Part shown: in pieces, positions 8,844 through 20,900 of the stretch
Numbering within the stretch: position 1 is the stretch's first letter
How the letters are laid out: every line of letters begins with the position of its first letter
Source: a virus
Lineage: Duplodnaviria; Caudoviricetes
Direction: 5' to 3' (one strand)
Virus record (IMG/VR): IMGVR_UViG_3300020470_000014
Location: 1-52,772 of that record
Length of the DNA: 52,772 nt
Program-made: the position numbers and the translations under genes
The notes under the pieces: generated by a model
The model's input: the letters and a program-made list of their open reading frames with translations, nothing else
Told to the model about the DNA's origin: nothing
The model's database searches: none

Positions 8844-11800
8844 TCAAATAGAAGCGATGGCTCTCAAGTCACGAATCTTAGGAACATAAGCAAAGTTAGT
8901 TCCTGTCATAATAATCTTGATTTGGAATCCAGTAAACGGAGGTAGATCTCTTACATTATATTCATATTCACGATAGTCATCTAATCCGTTAGAACCAGTG
9001 ATTCTTCTATCTGGTAAACCATCATTCTTTGCAACATCAATAGTGACACCATCACCATCAAGGTTGTTATAGCCAGGGAAGAGTTCAAACAACTGATACT
9101 CAGCAGGAGTATCAGGTCTAAAGATCCTATAAAGAACTCTAATATCATTAGTTGCATGTCTATACGCATCAAACATAACCTTCAATCCATCAGCAGATTT
9201 CTCAAGATTAACTGGTTTAGACACATAGATTGATGCAGAAGGATCAGCATCAAGAGAATTGACTCTAAGATCAGTTGCATAATCACTAATCTTATCATTA
9301 ATTCTATCCATTGTAGTAATAACATTGACTCTATCCAAGTCAATCATTGGACTTACCTTACTATCTTCGGTAGTAAGAGTAAATTCCATAGTGAAGGACT
9401 TTCTGCCAGGGAAATCTTGGAGTCTAGAAAGTTCATTTACCTTAGAAGCAACGATTCTTGGGGAAGTGAATGGGTTATTACTGTTAAGAGAAATTGGTTC
9501 AAATCCTTGATCAACAAAGGGTTGATCCGAACCATCAGGACTATTACCTGTAAAGGTTCTAACCCTTGCAGATGCACCTGTTCCTTCTGGTTGAAGGATA
9601 GAAACATTCGTTCTCAATGAATTGTAAGGAATGTTTTGTGTTGCTCTAGGTACGTTCTGTGAACCAACAATAGAGTGTTGAGATTCGTAAGATCCTGCAG
9701 ATTTTGTTTCATTAAAATACAATTCTGGGAGTGTACCAGAACCAGCAGCACGATTAGTACCTCTACTAGAAACACCGACCCTAACCCAATAATGGTCAAT
9801 GTCTACAGGATAATTTCCAACATCTGTAGATTCAAAACTATGTTGACAGTTAATTCTTCTAAGTGAAACACCATTTAACTCATACTTATGAATCACATCA
9901 TTGGGATCATAATCACCAGACTTAGTATCGTCAATTGCTCTAGTAACACCAGTAATTGAGGAATTGTTAGTAGAAACACCAGTATACTTAATAATTTCCT
10001 GTCCAATCTTTACATAGCCTGGGTTATTTGCATCAACTGGATAATTTTCAAATCCAGTAAAGATACCAACAGATGTAACAGGAATATCATCTGTAGATGC
10101 AGAATCAAATGCAGCAGTAATTTTTTCTGGTTTGATATCACTTTCAATACCAAACAATTCGACTCTATCTAATCCAGAGTACATACCGTGGTTAGAGTGT
10201 TTAACTCTAAAATGCAATCCATCAGATGCAGTATTTGTAAATTTAACTGTTGCACCCGTAAGAAGTGTAGATCCACCAGCACCAACATAGAAAAGGTTGG
10301 AAGAAGAATCAACTTTTGGAGATCCTTGAATATTATCAATAATTAACGTATTGAATGATGTAATAATGCCTGGGTTATTAGGAATAGTAAGAAGAAGATT
10401 CTTACCAAATCCACCAGTATCAGCTGAATTAACAGTTAACACATCACCCGCTGCATATCCAGTACCACCGATAGAAACCGTTGCTGCCACTGCAACACCA
10501 CCATTAACATGAATACTTGCCTTTGCACCTGAACCACTACCAGTTTTAGCAACCAGAGGAACATTAGTGTAAACAATAGATCCGTTAGTAAATCCTGCAC
10601 CAACAGAACTCAATACAAGATCACTACCAATACCAACAGCACCTAGAACTTTAGAAAGTTTGGAACTAAAGTCTTTATTGTTCTGTTGTTTAATGGTAAT
10701 ACCTGGCTGTAAAGCAGTAGTTTCATTGGAAGAAAGACTCTTTGCCATACCAACAACTACATTCCTTGCAACCATATCAATTGGATTTCTCCTCAATGAT
10801 GCAATCTGTCTGTTACCAATATCAAGATCTGGATTATAGAATCTTACATTAGCTTGTGCAGCGTTAAATTCTGCTCTATAAAGAGTGAACTTAAGGTCTT
10901 CAAACTGTGAAGGATCCCATGTAGCACCGTTCTGTGATTTAAAGAGAGAACCGAGAAGTGGTTGTTGAGAAACAATGATTTTTTCGGAATCTGGTTTGTT
11001 TACCGTGGTTACATCTTCTTCACCCATTCTTGAGATGAATACTTGATATTCATTTGATGCCGAAAGAAGAACCAATGCAAACTCTCCACCACCCTCACAA
11101 TAAACAGGAGAGGGGAACTCAAAAGTTGTTGCTAATGTACCATCATCAGAGAGAACAACTTGATCTGGATCAAGAATTGATTCACCAAACGGAAGAATAG
11201 TTTGTGTTGGTAAACCAGTTTCCAATGTTCTTACTTGAAGAGTAACTGGGAGACTCTTAGTATCTTTAGTTCTAAAGAACACATCACACTTAGTAAGGAA
11301 AACACCATTGACATCAGGAACCTCGAAAGATTCTGCAAGAGGGTCAACCCATCTTGTTTGTTGTGTAGTTCTTTGACTAAACGTAGTATCAGCAACTAAT
11401 CTAGTATCACTTTCAGTAATTGATCTGGAATCTGATCTAGGAATTCTTTGAACGTCTGCATTTCTCATTCTCAAAGTAGATTCTTCTACATTTTGTAGAG
11501 TACCTTGAGAAGTAAAGTTAGTTTCAGCAGAACTATCAGTGAAACCAGAAATAGTTTCATTTGTAGAACTGGAAGTAAGAGTAAAGGTTTTTGTACCAGT
11601 GTCAAATGTTGGTGTTGCAGGTGTAATCGGATCAGGAACAAATAAAGATCCAATCAATACACCAGCTTGATCAGTAATTAATCTTACGTCTTTAACAGTT
11701 GCAATAGCACCACTAGATTGACCAACCAGTTTCATACCCTTAACAACATATCCAAAATATCCTGATGCAGATTGGAGTTCTAGCGATGCAGTATCAACGT

Positions 11801-14800
11801 TTAGAGCAGTTGCAGTAGAAGAATATGTTGCAGATAATCCGTCAGCAGGTGAATATGGGTTAATCTTATAAACTTCAGTTGGAACATTATATGGACCATA
11901 CTTATGGTTTTGTTGTGCAAGTCTAAATCTAATACTTGCAGATCCTAGAGATCCAGATACAACTTCACCAGTACCAAAAGTACCACTAGTCATTTCAATT
12001 TCAATGAGTTTAGGTACAGTGTACTTACTCATATCGATATTATCGAAGAATGAATAAAGTCTAGTATTAGGCTTCAATCTTCTAGTAATAAATTCAATAT
12101 TTCTAGATCTCATTGTGGCAATGACATCTGTAGAAACTACCTTGTCACCCAAACTTGTAGAATCGAATCTTTCACCAACTCTAAATTGAATACCTTCTCT
12201 ACTTTGATTTCTAGTTGTAGTAGTTGTTTGATTTCTAAACGTAGTAGTTCTACTATCAATTGTAGTTGTTGTAGTAATAGGAATACCACGACCACGAGGG
12301 ATACCAGGGCCACGGGTGAATTGACCTCTTACAGAGGTACTTCTGGATCCAGTTTGTCTAGTAATAGATTCAATAGCAGGACCCTGAGTTGTACTGGTTC
12401 CTGTCCAAGTAGTTTCCCATGAACCCCAATCGATAGGAGACATACCAGTATTACTATCTGCACCAGTGATTGCCATTGATGCACTGAAACTACCTTCGAT
12501 GTCGTATGTTCTTGCACTCCTTCTGGTTTCAATCCAAGTATCAGTTGATGGATTAAGTTCAATTTGACCAATCCAGTTAACAACGGCAAATGGGTTTACG
12601 TTTTCAATTCTTGTTGCAAACTTGTTGATAATATAAATTTCATGATCATAATCTAAACATACAACGTCACCTTTTCTGACGACATTGGTATCACCCAAAT
12701 CATTAACGAATCTATAATCTGCAGATGGGTTAGATGATGTTGCAGCACCAACAACAACCTCAGAACCTAATAAAAGGTCAATAGATGTTGTGTAATGAGA
12801 AGGTCTCAATCTACCTTCCACTGTATCAATACTAGCTCTAAACTGTGAGTTCTTAATGTCTCCACCAAGAATAGACTTGAAGTTATCTACAAAGAATCCT
12901 GCTTTAAATCTATTAAGATTTGTCTGAGGATCTCTCAACTCCATATTTGCAGTATCACTTTCAAGAAGAGAAAGTGCGGTATAATACTCAACATTTTTCA
13001 GTCTCTTTTCAATTCCAGCGATATCCTTCATTCGATATCGTTTATGTGTTTGTAAACGAGTTCTTACTTCATCAGAGTAGTAAATGTATGGGGGAAGAAC
13101 AATGGTTGCAATCTCCAGAGCATTATCCAAAGTATTAGGAATCTTTGGTGTAAGTGCAGGAATACCTTTCTGTAAACTAAAGATACCTTCCTTAGTTAAG
13201 TAAAGTTTGTCAATTCTACCGACATAATAATCATATGAAAGATTTGTGGACTTATCTTTAGCAATAATATGTGTAGAAGATGATGTAAGAGGATCAAAGT
13301 TTCTTGCTTCAAATTCAAATGGAGATAAGTTATTAGCAGTAAACGCAGTTACTCTAGGTCTAAAATCAATAATATCAGATGCAGATAAACCAGAAATGAA
13401 TGGTAAATCATAAGTATATCTGTCTGCATCATAAGAATTTACAACCACAAAATCGCCAGGATCAGATCCATCAATAAAGTAGTTATTGTATACAACTTTA
13501 AGTCTCTTACTAGGAGCAGAAGCACCAGCTGTTCTAACTAATGCAGAATATCCTACATATTCTCTTCTTTGTGCAGGATCAAATTCAAAGTTATCCTTAA
13601 TATCTCTATCGCCAGGTACAACACCAGAAATATTTGCAGAAATATTAGATTCTCTGAATCTAACTAATTCATTTGTATTAAAGACATTCTCATTCAAATA
13701 TACAAACTCAACTTCATTAGTTCCATTTGTGGTGACAAATGCAGCTGAAGCACCAGAATCTTGTCCAATAATCGTTTCACCACGAATAGCATTAAGGATA
13801 TTGGAATTAAGATTTACAAGATTTAATTTTGGAAGAGCTGGATCTTGATTTGTTGAGGACTCAAATACACCAATAACGTTTGCAACATCTGGAATACCAA
13901 GAGAAATTCTTCTGTCTTGAACTCTAGTTCCATAAAGTGCATTATATGTAAGACCATCATCTAGTTTTGTATTTCCACTACCAGATCCGCCTTTAGAAGA
14001 CCCAGTAATTACACTAACACTACATCTTTGGAATACTTTTTTCTTGGGTCTAAGATTAACTTTCTTCCAAGTAACAGTAAGTTTTGCTGGACCATTGGTA
14101 CTAACATTACTAAGAGATACTGTTCTACCAGAAACGACTAGTTTTTGATTTGATAACGGTTCAATAACCCCATTATCAAAAGCAAGACTATAATCTTCTT
14201 CATCAAATGGTTCCAGAGTAACATTAGGATCTGTCTCTAGAACTTCACTAAACGCACCACCAGATACTGTTACAGCATAAGACTTTCGGAATACCAATGA
14301 GGAATTACTTAAGTCAACATTGGCTACATTTTGTCTTGTGAGATCAGAGAACAAATATGCATCACCATCATTTTTAATTTCAAGAGAAACATTGAAAAAG
14401 TCATTAGTTGTAATCTGACCAGATGGTAATGTTCCATCACAAATATCAGTTACATTTGTCGTTGGTGAAAGTACAATATTTTTAGCTGCAGTGTTGACTG
14501 TAGTAACTCTGTTATACGTTGGAACACTGTTTCCTGCCTTCGTATATTGAACAATATCTCCAGTCTTAATACCAACAGCAAACGATGCGTTTGCAGATGT
14601 TACTGTACTAACACCACCAGAAGCAGCAGTAATTGTATACTGTGTTCCAGCAGGTGCAAGAAGTTTACCAATATCAAGAATAGGATCTGCTGTAAAAGGA
14701 ACTCCAGAATTACCTACAATTTGATGAACATCATCAAATCTATGATCATGTACTTTATCAATAGTTCTATTAATTACTTCCCCATTAACTTTAATTTCTT

Positions 14801-16355
14801 CACCTACTTGGAACTGTCCAGATACTTGATACAAAATCATTTGATTTGTATCATTCATTGCTTCATATAAGAAACCAGAAGAATTACTACTTTGGCCTTC
14901 GATAAACGCAGGCCTATCCATGATAGTTGTAGTATTTAAGTTCAAATATGTAAATGTTTGAACATCATAGAGAGATGCTTCAAACTTTGTAGTTGCATCC
15001 TTATATTCTGCATTCTTGAGTTTTAAATCATATACTCTAGCAACACCAATTTTATTACCTGATGCAGTTCCAGGCGTTGCTGTTCTTTGGTCATAAAGAT
15101 GAACCATAGAAGTGGTTCCAAAACCAACTGGAGTTTGTCCGTAGACATTATTCAGTTCAATTTGTCTACCAAGAGTGAAAGATAGAGACTCGTTACTCTG
15201 TTTTTCAGTTGTTCTCGTTTTAGGGAGATCAATATTAGTAGTGTTGATTGTTTCTACTTCATAACCCCTAACATAAGCCTTTCCTGGGCTTACAGAAAGA
15301 GTAAGAAGATCATCGGATGGAATAAGTCCACCTTTAGTTTTTTGATTCTCAAAATAAGTACCATTGTTACCCTGTCTATCATTAAGAGACTCTCTAGTAG
15401 AAAGAGTAAATGGTTTTACATAATAATCTCCAGACTCATCATATGTTCTTCTTGCCAACTCATCTCTGATGAGGTTATAGTTTGAGTCTTTTACAAATTT
15501 TGAGAGAACACCGTTTTCAACTCTCAAAAGTTCTACAAAGTTTTCATCATCGAAATCATCTAAAGATTTCTTGATAAGTGTTGTAGAAATTTTGAATCTA
15601 TCGGCGCCAGGTGCAGCAAAGTTAGAGAAACCTCTAGCGTTATCGAAGAGATCTGAGTTGGTTTGAGATGCAGTTACTAATTCTTCAGTAATTAATAAAC
15701 CTACTCTATAACTGGGTTTATTAGTATACTGATCAAGAATAACAGTTTGTGGTTGAACATTTACAAAGAAACCACGAATAAAATATACACCTTCTGCAAT
15801 TTTTGCCGCAGAACCAGTTCTTGTAGAATTAGAAATGGTAGTTGTTGCAAATGTAGAGTTAGCTCTAATATTTGAAAGACCGTATTGTACCTCATCCAAT
15901 ACGATTAAGTTTTCCCCATCAACAAAATCTTGTCTTGCAAAATCAGTTTCACTAGAACTTTGATACTTAACATATAGAGTATAATTGCCCAACTCTGAAG
16001 TTGAGTTAGTAATAAAGGTTTCTACCTTTGCAGTAACTCCACTATCTTCACCTTTAATTGTTTTACCAATAAGGTTAGTTAAATATAAATTGACAGGAAG
16101 ACCCAAGTGAGTCTCGTCAATCATTACAGCAGTAAAGTCAGAATCATATGCAATCTGACCTGGGATTACTACTGATCCTTCTTTGAAAAAATGCTTACCA
16201 AACTTTTCAACCTGATTCTGTAGAATCGATTGTAGAGTTGTTAATTCCCTCGCCTGAATAGGGAGTCCTGGCTTGAATAATACTTTTTGATAATTATTAG
16301 ACTCACTAAAATCGTCGAAGTATGGAGACGCATTGAGGTTAGTATTTTGTGGCAT
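8844..16355 (-). CDS. VrlC/DUF4815-like giant virion structural protein (2503 aa)
   Basis: N-terminus MPQNTNLNASPYFDDF...VLFKPG.PIQARELTTLQSILQNQ and C-terminus PKIRDLRAIA are diagnostic; lies directly downstream of gp8. Confidence 0.9.
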   Translation of the reverse strand: MPQNTNLNASPYFDDFSESNNYQKVLFKPGLPIQARELTTLQSILQNQVEKFGKHFFKEGSVVIPGQIAYDSDFTAVMIDETHLGLPVNLYLTNLIGKTIKGEDSGVTAKVETFITNSTSELGNYTLYVKYQSSSETDFARQDFVDGENLIVLDEVQYGLSNIRANSTFATTTISNSTRTGSAAKIAEGVYFIRGFFVNVQPQTVILDQYTNKPSYRVGLLITEELVTASQTNSDLFDNARGFSNFAAPGADRFKISTTLIKKSLDDFDDENFVELLRVENGVLSKFVKDSNYNLIRDELARRTYDESGDYYVKPFTLSTRESLNDRQGNNGTYFENQKTKGGLIPSDDLLTLSVSPGKAYVRGYEVETINTTNIDLPKTRTTEKQSNESLSFTLGRQIELNNVYGQTPVGFGTTSMVHLYDQRTATPGTASGNKIGVARVYDLKLKNAEYKDATTKFEASLYDVQTFTYLNLNTTTIMDRPAFIEGQSSNSSGFLYEAMNDTNQMILYQVSGQFQVGEEIKVNGEVINRTIDKVHDHRFDDVHQIVGNSGVPFTADPILDIGKLLAPAGTQYTITAASGGVSTVTSANASFAVGIKTGDIVQYTKAGNSVPTYNRVTTVNTAAKNIVLSPTTNVTDICDGTLPSGQITTNDFFNVSLEIKNDGDAYLFSDLTRQNVANVDLSNSSLVFRKSYAVTVSGGAFSEVLETDPNVTLEPFDEEDYSLAFDNGVIEPLSNQKLVVSGRTVSLSNVSTNGPAKLTVTWKKVNLRPKKKVFQRCSVSVITGSSKGGSGSGNTKLDDGLTYNALYGTRVQDRRISLGIPDVANVIGVFESSTNQDPALPKLNLVNLNSNILNAIRGETIIGQDSGASAAFVTTNGTNEVEFVYLNENVFNTNELVRFRESNISANISGVVPGDRDIKDNFEFDPAQRREYVGYSALVRTAGASAPSKRLKVVYNNYFIDGSDPGDFVVVNSYDADRYTYDLPFISGLSASDIIDFRPRVTAFTANNLSPFEFEARNFDPLTSSSTHIIAKDKSTNLSYDYYVGRIDKLYLTKEGIFSLQKGIPALTPKIPNTLDNALEIATIVLPPYIYYSDEVRTRLQTHKRYRMKDIAGIEKRLKNVEYYTALSLLESDTANMELRDPQTNLNRFKAGFFVDNFKSILGGDIKNSQFRASIDTVEGRLRPSHYTTSIDLLLGSEVVVGAATSSNPSADYRFVNDLGDTNVVRKGDVVCLDYDHEIYIINKFATRIENVNPFAVVNWIGQIELNPSTDTWIETRRSARTYDIEGSFSASMAITGADSNTGMSPIDWGSWETTWTGTSTTQGPAIESITRQTGSRSTSVRGQFTRGPGIPRGRGIPITTTTTIDSRTTTFRNQTTTTTRNQSREGIQFRVGERFDSTSLGDKVVSTDVIATMRSRNIEFITRRLKPNTRLYSFFDNIDMSKYTVPKLIEIEMTSGTFGTGEVVSGSLGSASIRFRLAQQNHKYGPYNVPTEVYKINPYSPADGLSATYSSTATALNVDTASLELQSASGYFGYVVKGMKLVGQSSGAIATVKDVRLITDQAGVLIGSLFVPDPITPATPTFDTGTKTFTLTSSSTNETISGFTDSSAETNFTSQGTLQNVEESTLRMRNADVQRIPRSDSRSITESDTRLVADTTFSQRTTQQTRWVDPLAESFEVPDVNGVFLTKCDVFFRTKDTKSLPVTLQVRTLETGLPTQTILPFGESILDPDQVVLSDDGTLATTFEFPSPVYCEGGGEFALVLLSASNEYQVFISRMGEEDVTTVNKPDSEKIIVSQQPLLGSLFKSQNGATWDPSQFEDLKFTLYRAEFNAAQANVRFYNPDLDIGNRQIASLRRNPIDMVARNVVVGMAKSLSSNETTALQPGITIKQQNNKDFSSKLSKVLGAVGIGSDLVLSSVGAGFTNGSIVYTNVPLVAKTGSGSGAKASIHVNGGVAVAATVSIGGTGYAAGDVLTVNSADTGGFGKNLLLTIPNNPGIITSFNTLIIDNIQGSPKVDSSSNLFYVGAGGSTLLTGATVKFTNTASDGLHFRVKHSNHGMYSGLDRVELFGIESDIKPEKITAAFDSASTDDIPVTSVGIFTGFENYPVDANNPGYVKIGQEIIKYTGVSTNNSSITGVTRAIDDTKSGDYDPNDVIHKYELNGVSLRRINCQHSFESTDVGNYPVDIDHYWVRVGVSSRGTNRAAGSGTLPELYFNETKSAGSYESQHSIVGSQNVPRATQNIPYNSLRTNVSILQPEGTGASARVRTFTGNSPDGSDQPFVDQGFEPISLNSNNPFTSPRIVASKVNELSRLQDFPGRKSFTMEFTLTTEDSKVSPMIDLDRVNVITTMDRINDKISDYATDLRVNSLDADPSASIYVSKPVNLEKSADGLKVMFDAYRHATNDIRVLYRIFRPDTPAEYQLFELFPGYNNLDGDGVTIDVAKNDGLPDRRITGSNGLDDYREYEYNVRDLPPFTGFQIKIIMTGTNFAYVPKIRDLRAIASI

Positions 16356-16361
16356 TGTTCT

Positions 16362-17957
16362 TTAGAACTCCAGTACGATTTTAATGTCTTCCTTCTGACT
16401 AGATGATCGGGGAATCGCAGTCCTGTTATCAATATAGATTAATTCACCAGACTTCTTATTATATTCTGCAGAAGCAATACCAGCGACAAAGTTAATGCCT
16501 AACTGGTATGTCGTATTATTTATTGACGTAGTAATACCGTTGAAATCGGTATTCAATTCTAAGACAGGTCCAGAAACAGAACTGCCGTTAATAGTAACAC
16601 CATATCCTGCATCAGGTGTTGCAGTAAATGGAATAATTTTAAATCCTGCATCACTGTTAGCAAGACCAACTGGTTGATAGTATTTAAGGACTGCGGTAAC
16701 AGGATCCCATGCTGCAACCATACCAATTGCGGTAGAACCAACACCAACGGTCTGAGTAATCTCAGAGTCAACTGCATACTTTGTTTCAGTGGAAACACCA
16801 GCCAACTTTAATGCCTGTAGTCCACTAACAACCGATGTATCTAGAAGTTCTTTATCACTTCCAAAAACTGTTGGATTCTTTAAAACTCCAATTCTAGCAA
16901 AATCATTTCCTTCAATAACGTCAGGATTTGTTTCTTGAGTTTCAAATCTAGAGTACATTAAAACTCTGTAAGCACCCAATTCTCTGTAAACATCATAACC
17001 ATGACCACCCTTAGGAGGAATAATAACGTCAAATTGAGCTCTAGCAGTAGTACCAATACCCGTATTAGTCAAGTTCTCAATAGCACCTCCAGACTCACTG
17101 CCAGGGGCGCCAGGGAAGAACTGGATGTTGCCATGGGTATATCCTTGACCACCATCAGTAACAAAGACCTCAGATACCTTACCGAAAGAGTCAATAGTGA
17201 TAGTTGCCTTACCACCAGTACCATCACCAAGAATAGGAACATTAGCAAAAGAAGTAGAAATTGGTTGATAACTTGTTCCTCTATCACCAATAACTACAAT
17301 TTCAATCTTTCCATCAATAGCATTATTTTTAGTAGCAACAGTTTCACCTTGAATACCCCAGTCTTCTGGAACTGGAATATATTCAATTGAATCAAATTTT
17401 ACGATTTCTGATGGTTTAATAGTGTATAAGTATTTCCAAATATAACCATCACCAGAAGTACCAGCTGCTCTTGGTTCTAAGTCAATGAATTGTGGTTGAT
17501 CATAAGATGGACGACCCTTGGGGTTTTCTGGGTCAGATCCATTCTGCAAACAAACATAAACCCTAAGGTCTTCATTAATTACATAATAATTTGCTTCATA
17601 TAAGTTTGCTTGGGAAGTTGTAGGAGTAAGATTGTAGATATTATAGTCATGTCTATACATCTCATAGGTTGCACCAGCAACCCAATTGACTTTCCTGACA
17701 AGTCTACGAACATCTCTATCCGTGACTTTCTTCAATGCAATAATAGACTCCTTTACTTCATTTTCTTCTCTAAAACCATCTAGAGGAGCAGGAGTATTAG
17801 TATTCCAGTCATTAGTACCGCCACCATCTGGATTAGTGGAGTTCGGCAATCCAATAAAAGAATAATACTTGTTTACTGTAGAGCCAACGCCAACAAAACT
17901 TTTCACAAAAGTCTCTGCGTTGAGAATTCTAAATTGATCTGAAATGATGGCAGGCAT
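16362..17957 (-). CDS. gp8: Baseplate wedge subunit gp8
   Basis: MPAIISDQFRILNA, YEMYRHDY, DGYIWKYLYTI and SGELIYIDNR..I.RS..QKEDIKIVLEF motifs. Confidence 0.93.
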   Translation of the reverse strand: MPAIISDQFRILNAETFVKSFVGVGSTVNKYYSFIGLPNSTNPDGGGTNDWNTNTPAPLDGFREENEVKESIIALKKVTDRDVRRLVRKVNWVAGATYEMYRHDYNIYNLTPTTSQANLYEANYYVINEDLRVYVCLQNGSDPENPKGRPSYDQPQFIDLEPRAAGTSGDGYIWKYLYTIKPSEIVKFDSIEYIPVPEDWGIQGETVATKNNAIDGKIEIVVIGDRGTSYQPISTSFANVPILGDGTGGKATITIDSFGKVSEVFVTDGGQGYTHGNIQFFPGAPGSESGGAIENLTNTGIGTTARAQFDVIIPPKGGHGYDVYRELGAYRVLMYSRFETQETNPDVIEGNDFARIGVLKNPTVFGSDKELLDTSVVSGLQALKLAGVSTETKYAVDSEITQTVGVGSTAIGMVAAWDPVTAVLKYYQPVGLANSDAGFKIIPFTATPDAGYGVTINGSSVSGPVLELNTDFNGITTSINNTTYQLGINFVAGIASAEYNKKSGELIYIDNRTAIPRSSSQKEDIKIVLEF

Positions 17958-17982
17958 TTTAACCGAGCGGTATTTTTTTCTT

Positions 17983-17990
17983 TATTTATA
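17983..17990 (-). promoter_or_regulatory. T4-type late promoter TATAAATA
   Basis: Exact motif between the 2492-aa ORF and gp8. Confidence 0.8.
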
Positions 17991-17993
17991 GGG

Positions 17994-20900
17994 TTAAGTC
18001 AGAGGTCTTGTTCTGAAGATCTGGGCTGCAGTAGAAAGACCGACTAATCCAGCATCAGGATTGACGATGAAATTCTCAGGGTTACCAGAAATTCTATTCT
18101 GGAAATCATAAATTCTACCCCATGAGTATTTACCATAATAATCACTAATAGCAGTAGTTCCAATACCAACTTGAATCTGACTGTTACTATTTGGACCAGG
18201 CTGGAATGAACATGTAACTGTCACAATTCCACTCACAGTGTCTGGTACTGAAACTTTATCTACTTGGAAAAGTCCATTAAGTTTTTCACCAGCAGAAATA
18301 ATTCCAACCTTATTTGTAGGATAGTTATTATATCCACCAACATGAGTGCTAATTCCAGTTAAAGCATGTCCTACAGTTACTGGACTATCGTAGATAATAA
18401 AGTAATCACCAATTTGTAATTGAGAATTATTAATTCCAAATGTGTTTAGAGATGAGAAACCATAACCAAGGTTGGTGTTGTCGTTAAACTCAGACTTGAG
18501 ATAGAACTCAAGTTTTGGAGGAACACTAAATCCAATGCCAGTAACGAAGGTACTCATACCAACAATTCTACCAAAATCACCTTCTGTTTTAAATGAATAT
18601 ACAGTTTCCTTCTTAGGAACATCACTTCCAACAACTACAGGTGGATTAGAACCTACATCATAACCAAATCCTCCATTAACAATAATAGCAGTAGAAACAC
18701 CACCATTAGTTACTGCACATGTTGCTGTTGCTCTATTCAGGACTGGTTCTGCATAATAGGCAGTTCCTGATCCACCAACAACCAGTAATCTACCATCTAA
18801 TCCAAAATTAGAGAACACTAAGTCACCAACTGGTTGACTTTGACCATTATCTCTATAATTCCAATTTGCAAGATCTAAAGAATAATAAAGTTCACCTACA
18901 GTGGTAATACCAACATAGAGTCCATCATCATATCTAATTTTTTCAAAGTCAAATGTTGCAGCTGCAGTTGTTCCTGCAGGAAGATTATCACTGAATGGGA
19001 ACCAGAAGTTTTTATCTGTAGATGTGACAATAGTACCATTATCGCCAACTGCGATAAATCTACTACCATCGTACATAATATCTCTAAGATTCTTATTGGT
19101 ATTACTTGTCTTTAAATTCCAAATTTTACCAACATTAGATGAGATAATAGCACCACCATTACCAACTGCCACATATTCATCCTGAGCATAAACAATTCCA
19201 TGAAGTGTCTCTAAAGTTCCAGAGAATTGACTGTAAAGAGTGGTAGTTCCAATACCAACACCAGTAAATACAGATCCACCAAATCCAATAGCAATCCAAG
19301 ATCCTGCAGTATTATCCCAGATAACATCATTAAATTCTCTAGAGAATGTAGTTGGATAATCCACACTAACACCAATAGAAGGTATCTGTCTCTGTTCAAG
19401 GAGTTGTAGTTCTTCAAATTGTCCAACTGTATCACCATAAGAAACTGCTCTTGCTGCAGATGCATATTCACCAACAATCATTACTTGATGATTTGGACTA
19501 TAAGTTACATCTTTTGCAGTAGCTACCGCATTTAATGTAGTTGTTCCACCGAAACCAACAACACCTCTCTCCCAGAAGAATCCACTGAGAGTATTGATAT
19601 ACCTACTGCTAGTTCCAACTGCAATAATTGGTTCACTCTGCGTAATTTCTCTAAGATCTGCAGAACCAATATCACCAGTGATAACATCAAACTTCCAATC
19701 CTTCATTGGATCTTTCTTAGTAATCTTAGAAGAAGATACAAGAATATCTGGATTGGTAACATTTAAGTAACCAGCACCAGAAGATGCAATACTTAAGGCA
19801 GAAATACTAGAAGAAGTAGATACCGTAGCAGTAATAATTGCAGGATCAATTTCTCTTTCTTCGAAAATTTGAATATGTCGATCTTGTTCTGTGAGAAGAT
19901 CAACCTCAGAGAATACGGGGAAAGCATTCTGTACCCAAATTTGATCATCAGTTGACCCAACATTCTTAATAATTCTAGTTGCTGGAGTAATCTTACTCTT
20001 ATAATTCAACCTATCTTTAGAATAGTAAACACCTGAAATGATCTTATCAGACTTCTGTTTAACCCAAGAAAGAGGTCGTTCTGCATCCTGATCTGTTGAG
20101 ATTCCAAGACTATCGTAAGTAAAGGTCTCAAGCATATCAGAAGCAACGATTCTCTTCGTTGTTCTTGGGAATTGGTCCCTATCAAGAACGTCTAATTTAT
20201 TTTCTTTAATCTGAATTTCATCGCCTGGTTGAACTGTAGGAATTGGTTCAATTTCTTCAACGTCAATAGAAGAACCTCTATAGTAGAACACAGAACACTT
20301 GGATCCAGGCTTAGGTGCTTCAGTGAATATAACTCTACTACCTTTCCAAGTATAGGCCTCACCTGGAGTTTGAAGGATATCATTAATGTAGATAAAGATG
20401 TTATTGGTCACATCCATATCACTACCTTCAATAGTTTTAAGACTGAGAATCTCAGTTACTCCAGCATTTGTTACGGAAAGAGTAAATTTGGTTCTACTTC
20501 CATTAAAGAATGGTGCAATATCATCAAACAAGACGAACTGGCCAGGATAGAATCCAAAGAACTTATCATTACCAATCTCAATTACTTCTAGTTGGAAATC
20601 AGTATGAACACCCACTCTTGGATCAGTAACAATACCAGCAACTGTAAGACCGTCTTCTACCTTATAACCGACGCCTTCTTCAGTAATATCAAACTCACCA
20701 ATATTTCCATCAACATTGATTCTAACGTCTACAATAGCACTTTGACCAATACCAGTTGTTGTAAGACCAGTGGCATTTGGATTGTAAACTAATGGAAGAG
20801 CAAAATAGCCAGGTGGTTCATGAACGTCCAATGTAATAGGTCTTTCTACAGTTCCTCCTTTACTGAAATACCAAGGAGAAGTTAAAATACCAGATTGTAC

